Positions 48,101 to 56,397 of a DNA stretch of 64,000 nucleotides are shown here, one piece after another. Position 1 is the stretch's first letter. Each line of letters opens with the position of its first letter. The stretch spans positions 2,752,001 through 2,816,000 of the forward strand of contig OY761556.1 in the NCBI GenBank assembly GCA_963664705.1. The letters run 5' to 3'. The position numbers were made by a program, and so were the translations under genes. Origin of the DNA: Acidobacteriota bacterium (GTDB lineage Bacteria > Acidobacteriota > UBA6911). The notes beneath the pieces are model-generated. The model was not told where the DNA came from. It was given only the letters and a program-made list of their open reading frames with translations, and made no database searches.

Positions 48101-49305
48101 CTCAAAACATCAACCTCCCCAATTTCATGACCAACGGGTTGCTCCAGGCGTTCAACTCTGCACGCACCGGAGGCGAATCCGCCCTGTTGGACAAGTTGTT
48201 TGGTCCGATTCGAGGAACGCAAAGTGGAGCCACTTACCTGCGAAACGCCCAGAGCTATTCTGACTGGGCCCCTGCAGTGGGTGTCTACACCTTCATGCGA
48301 AACGATCTCGCCAACGGCAACTATGCCAATATTGCGCAGACCATCAATTACATGGGCGCCACCCCTGGACAGTTGCTGCGGGATGCCGGATTTGCAGAAA
48401 ACTTCATCAAAACCAATCCGCAGTTCAACAATGCCAACTATCTGACCAATTCGGATAGATCCAACTATCACTCGCTGCAAACTCAGGTTACATTGCGCCC
48501 CACGCACGGGATCAGCTTTACCGCTACCTACACGTGGTCGAAGAACCTGGGTATTACCGGCACTCCAACGGATCCGTTGGATCGAAACGGAGACTATTCG
48601 CTGCTGGCCGGTAACCGCAGCCACGTTTTCGTCACTTACGGAACCTTTGATCTGCCCTTCGGGCCGGGTCGGATCTTCGGCAGCAGCAGCCGAGGCGTTC
48701 TCGCCCGCCTGATTGAGCAGTGGCAGGGAAGCTGGATCTTCAACCTCAGAAGCGGAACGCCGCTGGGAGTAACCGCGGCAAACATGCTCTATGCCAATGG
48801 AGTTCCGGATCAGGTCGGGAAGTTTGACTATAACTCGGTGGGAACGGTATGGCTGAATGGTGCCGCCAGCGGCAACTACTTCGGCAACAGATACAAAACC
48901 GTAGCCGATCCGCAGTGCTCCAGCATTGAGTCAAGCCTGCGGTCGGCCTGTACGCTCCAGGCAATCGCCGATACCAGCGGCAGCATCATTTTCCAGAATC
49001 CTCAACCGGGCACGAGAGGCAATTTCGGCCGAAACCGGTTTGATGGACCAGGGGAATGGTCTTTGGATATGGCAATGTCCAAGGCAATACGTATTGCCGA
49101 AGGCAAAACTTTTCAACTCCGTCTGGATGCGAACAACATCCTGAACCATCCGGTGCCGTCGTATCAGTCCTTCGGTTCGGGCATGCGCATCATCGTTGCG
49201 CAAGCCCCCATCGTGAGCATCAACGACGCCGTGAATCCATTTGGTTACCTGGATAACAAAGTGGGTACCCGCACATTCCAGATAACCGCTCGCGTAAACT
49301 TCTAG
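45187..49305 (+). CDS. TonB-dependent receptor, Oar-like, with carboxypeptidase-regulatory N-domain
   Basis: Signal peptide; GGVLPGVTV, ELPL, FKDDWK, LNLGFRWDY, NNFGPAVG, C-terminal RTFQITARVNF. Confidence 0.92.
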   Translation: MMRGFWIVAFAALALAISPLAFGQSSNGTISGTAADTSGGVLPGVTVTATNTSTGIVATATTNSAGIYNFLSVQPGSYKVSAEMKGFQTKTFTNVSVGNAAQVRLNFALELGQINETVEVSVAGDRLLLESTSSVGDVLPETKVRELPLTSQNVLDLSKVMGGVIQTNDAIFGESAGMGGGGTTFAGVSPANVNVQRDGIPMSDVRWPTGINSATRLNPDLVGEVRMLLAPVDAEAGRGNGQVQVQTKAGGNAYHGAAVLNSQNSFLDPNTWTNNRSGIAAPWRNLQQYTLSLGGPLIKNKTFFFVLWDQQFARQRYPRQSLALTPCAQRGIFRYYDNWNNGNIRSATVGGSTPTTAVVNADGSPKAPSTNPDGTTHNGILRYASVFGQLASTPKLADCSDAVVTPGTAWDQYRTGMDPTGYIANFIKMTPKVNNYEVGDGLNTAGSRWTQAIRGADNLYGVGEDTQRKQINVRIDHNFNQKHRVNGSWSYERDWADDTFANWPENSYGGKVTRYPQVFTINLISTFTPTLLNEARAGMMRNGNNIFSPLKNPDVKDKMIALLPKVNGQPMIVGPGDGNVNFSPDCFPYCPANAAAGTPSNPFGGRGMLSYDGFDTSTRWTFGDTLAWTRGAHSFKVGGEYRVSTSYGAVGWVMNSSWQSLVPTPFAAGGAATYAPNGITPFTGIPGLAGFFAGNQANMASLLNFLSGSIGSMRQYYYLNSPTQSTWSDYTKEPYPIRDFHQNEWGFFFKDDWKAHQNLTLNLGFRWDYYGVPYIKSGMTAGFDGGGAALFGISGRNWGDAFWKAGARADLTKSIFVGPNSPHPNQSVYEKDLNNFGPAVGFAWQLPWLGKGKTTIRGGYQLTYTPAARVSTMADTLGTPPGSVYMASYNGSPTNPYLSLSNLTSPVPIPTGIAPMQSIPLTDRITTISAFDPNFRTPYIQNLTLAITRNIASNLEVDIKYIGTLSRKLQGTQNINLPNFMTNGLLQAFNSARTGGESALLDKLFGPIRGTQSGATYLRNAQSYSDWAPAVGVYTFMRNDLANGNYANIAQTINYMGATPGQLLRDAGFAENFIKTNPQFNNANYLTNSDRSNYHSLQTQVTLRPTHGISFTATYTWSKNLGITGTPTDPLDRNGDYSLLAGNRSHVFVTYGTFDLPFGPGRIFGSSSRGVLARLIEQWQGSWIFNLRSGTPLGVTAANMLYANGVPDQVGKFDYNSVGTVWLNGAASGNYFGNRYKTVADPQCSSIESSLRSACTLQAIADTSGSIIFQNPQPGTRGNFGRNRFDGPGEWSLDMAMSKAIRIAEGKTFQLRLDANNILNHPVPSYQSFGSGMRIIVAQAPIVSINDAVNPFGYLDNKVGTRTFQITARVNF

Positions 49306-49364
49306 CGAGCAGCGCAGTTACTCAGCCTCGAAGGCTTGAAGGCCTGAAAAAATTTTCGGGTCTC

Positions 49365-49386
49365 CGAGTCTTCGGGGCTTTTTTTG
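49365..49386 (+). terminator. Intrinsic terminator after the TBDR
   Basis: Short UUCG-capped hairpin followed by a T-run. Confidence 0.45.
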
Positions 49387-49435
49387 TGATACCCTCAAAG
49401 CCTCCAAGTCAGAAATTCCTCGAAGGAGACAAATC

Positions 49436-50734
49436 ATGCGCACCTGTCGGTTGTGGATCGTTTCTACGCTCGCTTTGCTTTTCTCCCTTTCCAGCCTGTT
49501 GGCCCAAAACACTCCATTCCCGGAGGTGAAGCCTGAAGCGGCCGGCTTCTCCGCTGAAAGACTGAACCGGCTCGATAAAGCCATGCAGGAGGCCATCGCC
49601 AGCAAGACGCTGGCCGGAATCGTCACGATGGTGGCGCGCCACGGAAAACTGGTTCAGCAGAAAACATACGGGCTCCAGGATATCGCAACATCAAAGCCCA
49701 TGCAGCGCGACACCATTTTCCGAATCTATTCCATGACCAAGCCGATTACGGGCGTGGCCATGATGATCCTGTACGAAGAAGGAAAATGGCGGCCCAGCGA
49801 CCCGATCGCAAAATACATCCCGGAATTTGCCGACCTGAAGGTATACACGGAAGCTGGCGGCAAGCCGAATCTTGAATCGCCGGTCCACCAGCCCACCATC
49901 GGCGAACTGATGTCTCACACCGCAGGATTCACTTACGGATCGTTCGGCAGCACCCCCGTGGACAAGATGTACCAGCAGTCGAATCCGCTGCAGGCAGCGT
50001 CTTTGAGGGAATTCATCGATAGGATGTCCAAGCTTCCGCTCGTCTATCAGCCGGGCGAAGGATGGATCTACAGCGTCTCCGTCGATATCCAGGGATACCT
50101 GGTCGAAAAACTTTCAGGAAAACCGTTCCCGGATTTCCTGCGTGAACGGATCTTCATCCCTCTCGGCATGAAAGATACCGCGTTTTATGTGCCTAAGGAT
50201 AAACTCGATCGTCTTGCCACCATTTATACGCCGGACCCGAAAGGACCAGGGCTGGTGCCGGTCCCGAGAGATACAAATGTCGATAAAATCCCGGGACTCC
50301 CCTCCGGCGGCGGGGGGCTCTATTCCACGGCCGAAGACTATCTCCATTTCGCGCAAATGCTTCTCAATGGCGGAGTGTTGAATGGGACCCGAATTCTGGC
50401 GCCGAGTACCGTGGCTTTAATGCGCGTCAATCACCTTTCGGCACAGCTCATGACCGGGAAGTACGGGATCGGGTTTTACACGATGCAACCCGGCCTCGGG
50501 TTCGGGTACGATTTTGCCGTATTTGAAGATCCGACTCGATTCGGCAGTACCGCGGGCAAAGGCACTTTTCTCTGGGATGGCGTAGCCGGAACCTGGTTCT
50601 GGATCGATCCGACCAACGACCTCGTTTTTGTCGGAATGATACAGCGCGTGATGACTGCGGGACCAACACCCCCGAACATGGAAGATCTGTCACGGGCTCT
50701 GATCTACCAGGCACTGGTAGATCCAGCCAAATAG
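49436..50734 (+). CDS. Serine hydrolase, beta-lactamase class C/esterase family
   Basis: YSMTK (SxxK), LMSHTAG, WIYS, GGGGLYST; signal peptide. Confidence 0.9.
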   Translation: MRTCRLWIVSTLALLFSLSSLLAQNTPFPEVKPEAAGFSAERLNRLDKAMQEAIASKTLAGIVTMVARHGKLVQQKTYGLQDIATSKPMQRDTIFRIYSMTKPITGVAMMILYEEGKWRPSDPIAKYIPEFADLKVYTEAGGKPNLESPVHQPTIGELMSHTAGFTYGSFGSTPVDKMYQQSNPLQAASLREFIDRMSKLPLVYQPGEGWIYSVSVDIQGYLVEKLSGKPFPDFLRERIFIPLGMKDTAFYVPKDKLDRLATIYTPDPKGPGLVPVPRDTNVDKIPGLPSGGGGLYSTAEDYLHFAQMLLNGGVLNGTRILAPSTVALMRVNHLSAQLMTGKYGIGFYTMQPGLGFGYDFAVFEDPTRFGSTAGKGTFLWDGVAGTWFWIDPTNDLVFVGMIQRVMTAGPTPPNMEDLSRALIYQALVDPAK

Positions 50735-50783
50735 AAACAGTGGCAATGGGATTCGCGGCAAGACAGCCGCGAATCCCGCGAAA

Positions 50784-51476
50784 TTACTGAATGACGTCCT
50801 CCACATCAAATCGTCCCCGCCGGACGCTCCCTTCCCTTTCAAAGCTGTCGATCCAGCCCCGGACGCGGCCTTTTCCATAGGTTTCCTCAAAGGCTGTCAC
50901 GATCCGGTCCACCGGGATGTCTGTGAAACTGCCCAGAAATTCAATATATTCCATGAATTTCCGGTTCTCTGAATTGAACAGCTGGAAGATGGAGTCTTCG
51001 CGGCCATTGAACTCGAGCGGCTCGACATGATGCCGTCGGCACAATTCGATATTGAACGCGGGAGTCGACTTCACCCACTTCCCTTCCAAAAAGAATTCGA
51101 CAAACGCATGGTAAGCAAAAATATCGCTCCCCATGTACTCAATCAACTGACGCGTGGCCAGGTGATTTCTTACATTCGCAAAGCCGGGCCTGGTGGGAAT
51201 GCCCATCGCTCTCCCGGCAGCACAGAGCAAGGATGCTTTCGGTATGCAGAAACCTCTCCCGATCTTCAGCACATGGCTCGCGCGGTAGTGTTCCGGCCGG
51301 TAGAACGGCACATACGGGTCATACCAGATTCCATCCCTGACCGCATAATAGAGGCGCACCGCCTTTTCTGTGTCAGTCATGGCATCGACGCATATTCTCT
51401 CGGCGAATTGTCGGATTTCGGGATGATTGCAGTCAATAATTTCCGTCGGTTTGAGATACAGATCTGTGTTTTCCAT
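50784..51476 (-). CDS. Transglutaminase-like protein
   Basis: GFCIPKA (Cys), YHAFVE (His), GKWVKSTPAF. Confidence 0.85.
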   Translation of the reverse strand: MENTDLYLKPTEIIDCNHPEIRQFAERICVDAMTDTEKAVRLYYAVRDGIWYDPYVPFYRPEHYRASHVLKIGRGFCIPKASLLCAAGRAMGIPTRPGFANVRNHLATRQLIEYMGSDIFAYHAFVEFFLEGKWVKSTPAFNIELCRRHHVEPLEFNGREDSIFQLFNSENRKFMEYIEFLGSFTDIPVDRIVTAFEETYGKGRVRGWIDSFEREGSVRRGRFDVEDVIQ

Positions 51477-51525
51477 TGCGCCAGTGTAACACCATCCGGG
51501 GGACAACCGGAAAATGGAATCCTGC

Positions 51526-51556
51526 TTGACCTGTCTAAAGCTTCACAGTTTACAGT
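51526..51556 (+). promoter_or_regulatory. MerR-type promoter with 19-bp spacer
   Basis: TTGACC-N19-TACAGT with a CTGT...ACAG dyad across the spacer, upstream of the MerR gene. Confidence 0.65.
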
Positions 51557-51607
51557 TCTCTTTGCCCGCTGTTTTCGGGAATAATGAGTTCGAAAGGTTG
51601 AGATCCT

Positions 51608-52138
51608 ATGATGAAAACCATTTCCGCCCTGGCCCGGGAATCTGGATTGTCCCGCAGTACGCTTCTCTACTACGACAGACTGGGTTTACTGAAACCGCAT
51701 GGCAGAAGTCACGCCGGGTACCGGTTCTACTCGTCAACAGAGGTGGAACGGTTAGGCCAGATCTGCGCATTCCGGCAGATGGGCATCCCACTTAAGGAAA
51801 TGAAGAGACTGCTCGACAGGTCGGTCGGAAATGCATCCGCCCTGATTCTGAGGCGCAGGCTGCGGGTTCTTGATCGGGAAATCTCAAATTTGCGAAGACA
51901 GCAGCATTGCATCCTGGAGCTATTGAAACAAAAACAACTAAGACAAGGAGTTGAAATGATTACCAAAGAACGCTGGGTAGCGATCATGCGTGCTGCCGGA
52001 CTTAACGATGAAGATATGCATAACTGGCATATCCACTTTGAGAAGATGGAACCGGACGCACATCAGGAGTTTTTGGAATCGCTGGGAATCCAACCCCCTG
52101 AGATAAACAAAATTCGGGAATGGAGCCGAAATCAGTAA
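51608..52138 (+). CDS. MerR-family transcriptional regulator
   Basis: TISALA...SRSTLLYYDRLGLL, GYRFY, GIPLKEM; His-rich C-terminal domain. Confidence 0.92.
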   Translation: MMKTISALARESGLSRSTLLYYDRLGLLKPHGRSHAGYRFYSSTEVERLGQICAFRQMGIPLKEMKRLLDRSVGNASALILRRRLRVLDREISNLRRQQHCILELLKQKQLRQGVEMITKERWVAIMRAAGLNDEDMHNWHIHFEKMEPDAHQEFLESLGIQPPEINKIREWSRNQ

Positions 52139-52167
52139 TCACTGAACGGGCCAGCCCACACACAAAA

Positions 52168-52220
52168 ATCCAATTCCAGATTTCGGACTACCCATGGGAT
52201 CCGGAATCTGGAATTTGGAT
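52168..52220. terminator. Imperfect inverted repeat between convergent genes
   Basis: atccaattccagatttcgga ... tccggaatctggaatttggat. Confidence 0.5.
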
Positions 52221-52230
52221 CCAGGCATCC

Positions 52231-52938
52231 CTACTTTATAGGCGGAGGTATTTTACTCTTGGGCATAGGCTTCCCCTTCTGCGAGGAACCGTCGGAGTCA
52301 ATAAAGATGTATTTGTTCCTCATATCCGGCGGGACGAGGTCCCGCAAAGAAGTCTCTACGTCCTTGGGAGAATATTGCGCCTCGATAAAAATGAACGGGC
52401 GCGTCACCTTGGTAACCCTGAAAGGACAATGAATAAAATTGGCCGGAATATACACAAGAGAAGGCTTGTTGACGACATGCTTCTCCATTTCAGGCCCCAT
52501 GAAAACTTCGTATTCGGCACCCAGTTCCTGCGGGTGATCGGGATCGGTTCCGAGTGCGACCAGGACTTCCGGATCCCTGTGTTTATGCGGTCCATGCCCC
52601 GCGATTTTTGTGGCGGATTCCCCCATCAGCATGGCGGAAAAAAAGTGACAGCCCTCGATGATGTCGCCATCGCAGAAAACCATGAACATGTTTTTCATGG
52701 CGCCGTATCCAATTTCGTATTCTTCCGGCGTCAATTCCGAGGTGAAATACCGTCGATATTTTGCTTCGCCTGGTTTGGGAGACTGGGCCGCAGGCCTGGG
52801 GGCCGCGATCAATCCTTCATTGGCGTTCAGCACCGTTCGCAGCGCTCCGGCCATGGCAACTCCGGCACTTCCGGCTGCGATCTCTTTCACGAAACCCCTA
52901 CGGGTTGTCTTCGGTTGTGCGATTTTGATGAGACCCAT
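52231..52938 (-). CDS. Tat-exported cupin-like hypothetical protein
   Basis: AGGAG RBS; TRRGFV signal; PHKHRDPE and IPANFIHCP cupin-type metal motifs. Confidence 0.7.
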   Translation of the reverse strand: MGLIKIAQPKTTRRGFVKEIAAGSAGVAMAGALRTVLNANEGLIAAPRPAAQSPKPGEAKYRRYFTSELTPEEYEIGYGAMKNMFMVFCDGDIIEGCHFFSAMLMGESATKIAGHGPHKHRDPEVLVALGTDPDHPQELGAEYEVFMGPEMEKHVVNKPSLVYIPANFIHCPFRVTKVTRPFIFIEAQYSPKDVETSLRDLVPPDMRNKYIFIDSDGSSQKGKPMPKSKIPPPIK

Positions 52939-53077
52939 GTATGTTCTCCTTGTGTGGATGGCTTTGGAAACATCATAATTCCTCGTCCTTCCGATGTCGA
53001 GATTTCTCACAGGGGGATCGCGGCTGCTTGCAGGCGCTGATGCCGCCGGGACGGCGGCGCTCCTGTGCAAGCCGCGA

Positions 53078-54487
53078 TCAGGCAAGACGCCGGTGCTCCC
53101 AGTGGGCGGGCGAAATATCGTCTCCCTCGGTATCTCGTCCAGCGAGCAACCGCTCGAGCCAGGGCAGCATTAGTCCCACTCGCCTAGCCCGGATCACGAG
53201 ATCCCACAACGGTTCGAATTTTTTCCATCCCGCGGTATAGGCAAGATGACGCAGCCGTTCCGACCAGGCGTCCTTGGTGCCGACCGATTGCAGAATGGAT
53301 TTCCAGCTGTAAAACTCCCGGTAGGCGCGCCAATAACCCGACTCGAGTTCTTCCCTGGTCAAGCCGGAGGGAAGATACACACAGTGTCGCGTATCGTACA
53401 GATCCCAATTCTGATGCAGAATGCGTCCCTGGGCGGCCATGCGTGCGTGCAGGCGCGTACCTGGATAGGGTGTAAGAATATGGAATGTTGCGGTTTCAAT
53501 ACCCAGCCGAAGCGCCCAGTCCACGGTGCGGGAAAACACTCCGGCATCATCATGATCCATCCCAAAAACAAAACTGGCATTGACCATGATATTCAGGTCA
53601 TGCAGCCGTCGAACGGCACTCGCGTAATCGCACTCGGCGCTGTGCGCTTTGTTCTGGGCTCTCAGATTGGCGGGATTGATCGTTTCAAAACCGATAAAGA
53701 GGCTCCGCAATCCGCAGGCCGCTGCTTTCTCAAGCAAACCCGGCTGCAATACTGCTTTCACCGTTGCGGCCGCCTGCCATAGCCGGCCCATTCCCCGCAT
53801 GCCATCAAAGAGGGCTCCGGCAAATCTGGCATCGGCAAACAGGTGATCATCCAGAAAATAGAGATGACGCCCGGGCAATTCCTCGATTTCCGAAAGCGCC
53901 GCATCCACGGATTGGGTATAAAAGGCACAGCCTTCCCGGAAAAAAGATTCTTTGTAGCAAAAATCGCATGCATGAGGACATCCCCGCGAAACGACAATTG
54001 AGTTCGGGACCAGGTACAGGGAACGCTTGATCAGATCTCTGCGGACCGGGGGTACACCCGCCAGCGTACGTATGCGTGACTGATAACAGCGCTGCGGCTG
54101 ACCGCAGCGAAATTCCTTCAGAAAAACGGGCCAGGTATCCTCGCCGGGTCCCAGGAAGATGGTATCGGCATGCCGCAACGCTTCTTCAGGCTGTGCCGTA
54201 ACGTGAATGCCTCCCAGAACAACATAGGATCCACGCTGCCGGTAATGATCTGCGATCCGATAGGCACGATAAGCCGAAGTGATATAGACCTGGATGACGA
54301 CGAGGTCTGGCGCATCATCGAATCCATCCTCTTCGACGTGTTCATCCGTGATCCGTATATCATCCTCCTGATCCAGATACCCGGCAAGCGTCGCCAGGCC
54401 GAGAGGCGGGAATAGCGAATACTTGATCGGACGATAGAAGGGGCTCTTTGCTTCTGTCAGCGCGGGCAGAATCATTTTTACTTTCAT
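53078..54487 (-). CDS. B12-binding radical SAM protein
   Basis: PPLGLATLA, VLGGIH, SRGCPHACDFC, IGFET, TPYPGT. Confidence 0.9.
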   Translation of the reverse strand: MKVKMILPALTEAKSPFYRPIKYSLFPPLGLATLAGYLDQEDDIRITDEHVEEDGFDDAPDLVVIQVYITSAYRAYRIADHYRQRGSYVVLGGIHVTAQPEEALRHADTIFLGPGEDTWPVFLKEFRCGQPQRCYQSRIRTLAGVPPVRRDLIKRSLYLVPNSIVVSRGCPHACDFCYKESFFREGCAFYTQSVDAALSEIEELPGRHLYFLDDHLFADARFAGALFDGMRGMGRLWQAAATVKAVLQPGLLEKAAACGLRSLFIGFETINPANLRAQNKAHSAECDYASAVRRLHDLNIMVNASFVFGMDHDDAGVFSRTVDWALRLGIETATFHILTPYPGTRLHARMAAQGRILHQNWDLYDTRHCVYLPSGLTREELESGYWRAYREFYSWKSILQSVGTKDAWSERLRHLAYTAGWKKFEPLWDLVIRARRVGLMLPWLERLLAGRDTEGDDISPAHWEHRRLA

Positions 54488-54552
54488 GCGCCACAGAATA
54501 GCTCACATTACTTTATATTGTAAAGTACTTTATTAATGCTGCATAAAAAAAC

Positions 54553-54605
54553 GGCTGAATAGGCCTCGAATAGTGATTAGCCCCATTCGAGGCTCGAATT
54601 CAGCC
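54553..54605. terminator. Imperfect hairpin downstream of the carboxylesterase
   Basis: ggctgaataggcctcgaat...attcgaggctcgaattcagcc, next to an A-run (T-run on the minus strand). Confidence 0.5.
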
Positions 54606-54630
54606 GCTCCCGAACCGCTCATGCTGCAAA

Positions 54631-56307
54631 CTAGGTTGTGCCCAATGACCTCCTGGCTTCCCGGTCAGGATCGTTCTTCACCACGCATACATCATCGAGA
54701 ATCATGGTCTCACCGTTCGCAGCCGTGTATTTCGGCCATGCCAGCCAGCCCTTGCCATTGGGATCCCCTGTTTTCATGAACTGCAGCAGGTATCCAGCCA
54801 TCTTCGTCGCCAGGCGCCTGGGACGGGCTCCGCCTCCCGTATGAGTCAGCATCAGGTCGGTATTGTAGAACCAGAAGCAGATGTCCACGCAGTGGAAGGC
54901 GCGCATCCGCGCATCAAACAGCGGCGGTTGCCAGCCGAACCAACTGACAAACACGGGCGCTTTTTGTTTTGATTTTGCATCCGCCAGCGAAACCACCCCC
55001 TGACGGTTGCTGCTCACCAGAGCCCAAATCTCCACCGGTCTCATTTTGGGAAAAGCTTTCGCGTAGGCTTGAACGACATCCCTGGCCTTATCCCCGAATC
55101 CGGCGCCGAATCCAGCTCTTTCTTTGACCTTTTCCACCACTTCATCCAATGTGATCTTTTCGAGCGCAGAGTCGGTCCAGCTGGGCGATTGCTCATGGAA
55201 AGTCGAGCAGATAATCATCGGAACGCTGTCCGCCGTTGCGGCTGCAGCTGGTGAGTAGGGATGCTGCGGAAGATAGGTTCCATCCACGAACGGGCTGAAT
55301 CCGCGCCGCATGCCGCCTCCCGCTCCGGCCGGCTCTGCCGCCAGTTTCTGCTGCGCCTTGGTTGCCAGCGCGTAATAATCCTTCCACGGCATCTGCTGCA
55401 GCTTCTCTATCTCGGAGGGAGCCAGCCCGGCTTCCTTCATCACATACGAGCCCAGTTTCTCGGAGGATTCCTTATCCCCGGCCTGCGTGGTTGCGCCGCT
55501 GAGAACGACGGCTTTGTGGAATAGGCCTTTCGCGGAGGGCATTGCGGTAAGGATGCACACTTTGGCTCCACCGCCGGACTGCCCCATGATGGTGACATTT
55601 CCCGGATCGCCGCCGAAGTTGGCAATATTATCCCGTACCCATTCCAGCGCTGCTACGATGTCCAGCATCCCCACATTCCCGGACGCAGCGTATTTCGCCC
55701 CGCCGGCACCGGCAAGGTTGGTGAACCCAAGCGGTCCCAGGCGGTGATTGATTGAACAGAAAACGACATCACCAAAACGGGCAAGATTCTCGCCGTTATA
55801 TCCGTCCTGCTCAATCCCGTTGCCATTGGTAAAGCCGCCGCCATGGATCCAGAATAGAACCGGCCTTCTCTTTCCATCCTTGATCGCGGGCGTAAACACA
55901 TTGATGCGCAGACAATCTTCGCTCACATCGTCATAATTCCAGTGATCACGGAAGGAGCCGAGCTTATTGGCATACCGGTTTTCCATGTTTTGTGGAGCAG
56001 TGTTGCCCCACCAGAGCGCGGGAAAAATATCATTCCAGGGTTTGGGTTTCTGCGGAGGCATGAATCGATTTGCGCCGGAGGTATCCGCACCATAGGGCAT
56101 ACCCAGGAAATAATGGATATCACGCAGAATATATCCCTGCACCTTGCCATAGATCGTATCCGCGAGCGCAATGTTGTCACCAACCTGCAAAACCGGCCCG
56201 TCCGTGCTCTTGCCCGCCGCCCCGGCCGCTTCCGTCGCTCCTGACAGGGAGAGACCCGCTGCACCGGCTGCCATTATCTGAAAAAATGTTCGTCTGTTTG
56301 TAGTCAT
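54631..56307 (-). CDS. Tat-exported type-B carboxylesterase
   Basis: NRRTFF signal; SEDCL, WIHGGGF, NFGGDP, GQSGG nucleophile, AFH. Confidence 0.92.
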   Translation of the reverse strand: MTTNRRTFFQIMAAGAAGLSLSGATEAAGAAGKSTDGPVLQVGDNIALADTIYGKVQGYILRDIHYFLGMPYGADTSGANRFMPPQKPKPWNDIFPALWWGNTAPQNMENRYANKLGSFRDHWNYDDVSEDCLRINVFTPAIKDGKRRPVLFWIHGGGFTNGNGIEQDGYNGENLARFGDVVFCSINHRLGPLGFTNLAGAGGAKYAASGNVGMLDIVAALEWVRDNIANFGGDPGNVTIMGQSGGGAKVCILTAMPSAKGLFHKAVVLSGATTQAGDKESSEKLGSYVMKEAGLAPSEIEKLQQMPWKDYYALATKAQQKLAAEPAGAGGGMRRGFSPFVDGTYLPQHPYSPAAAATADSVPMIICSTFHEQSPSWTDSALEKITLDEVVEKVKERAGFGAGFGDKARDVVQAYAKAFPKMRPVEIWALVSSNRQGVVSLADAKSKQKAPVFVSWFGWQPPLFDARMRAFHCVDICFWFYNTDLMLTHTGGGARPRRLATKMAGYLLQFMKTGDPNGKGWLAWPKYTAANGETMILDDVCVVKNDPDREARRSLGTT

Positions 56308-56397
56308 CTGTGTTCCCCCTTGGATCGCAAGCATCCGCCTGTATCGCTGCGTTTTCTCCGGCCCCGTACACTCAAGGCAGACAATTGCATCGAATCG

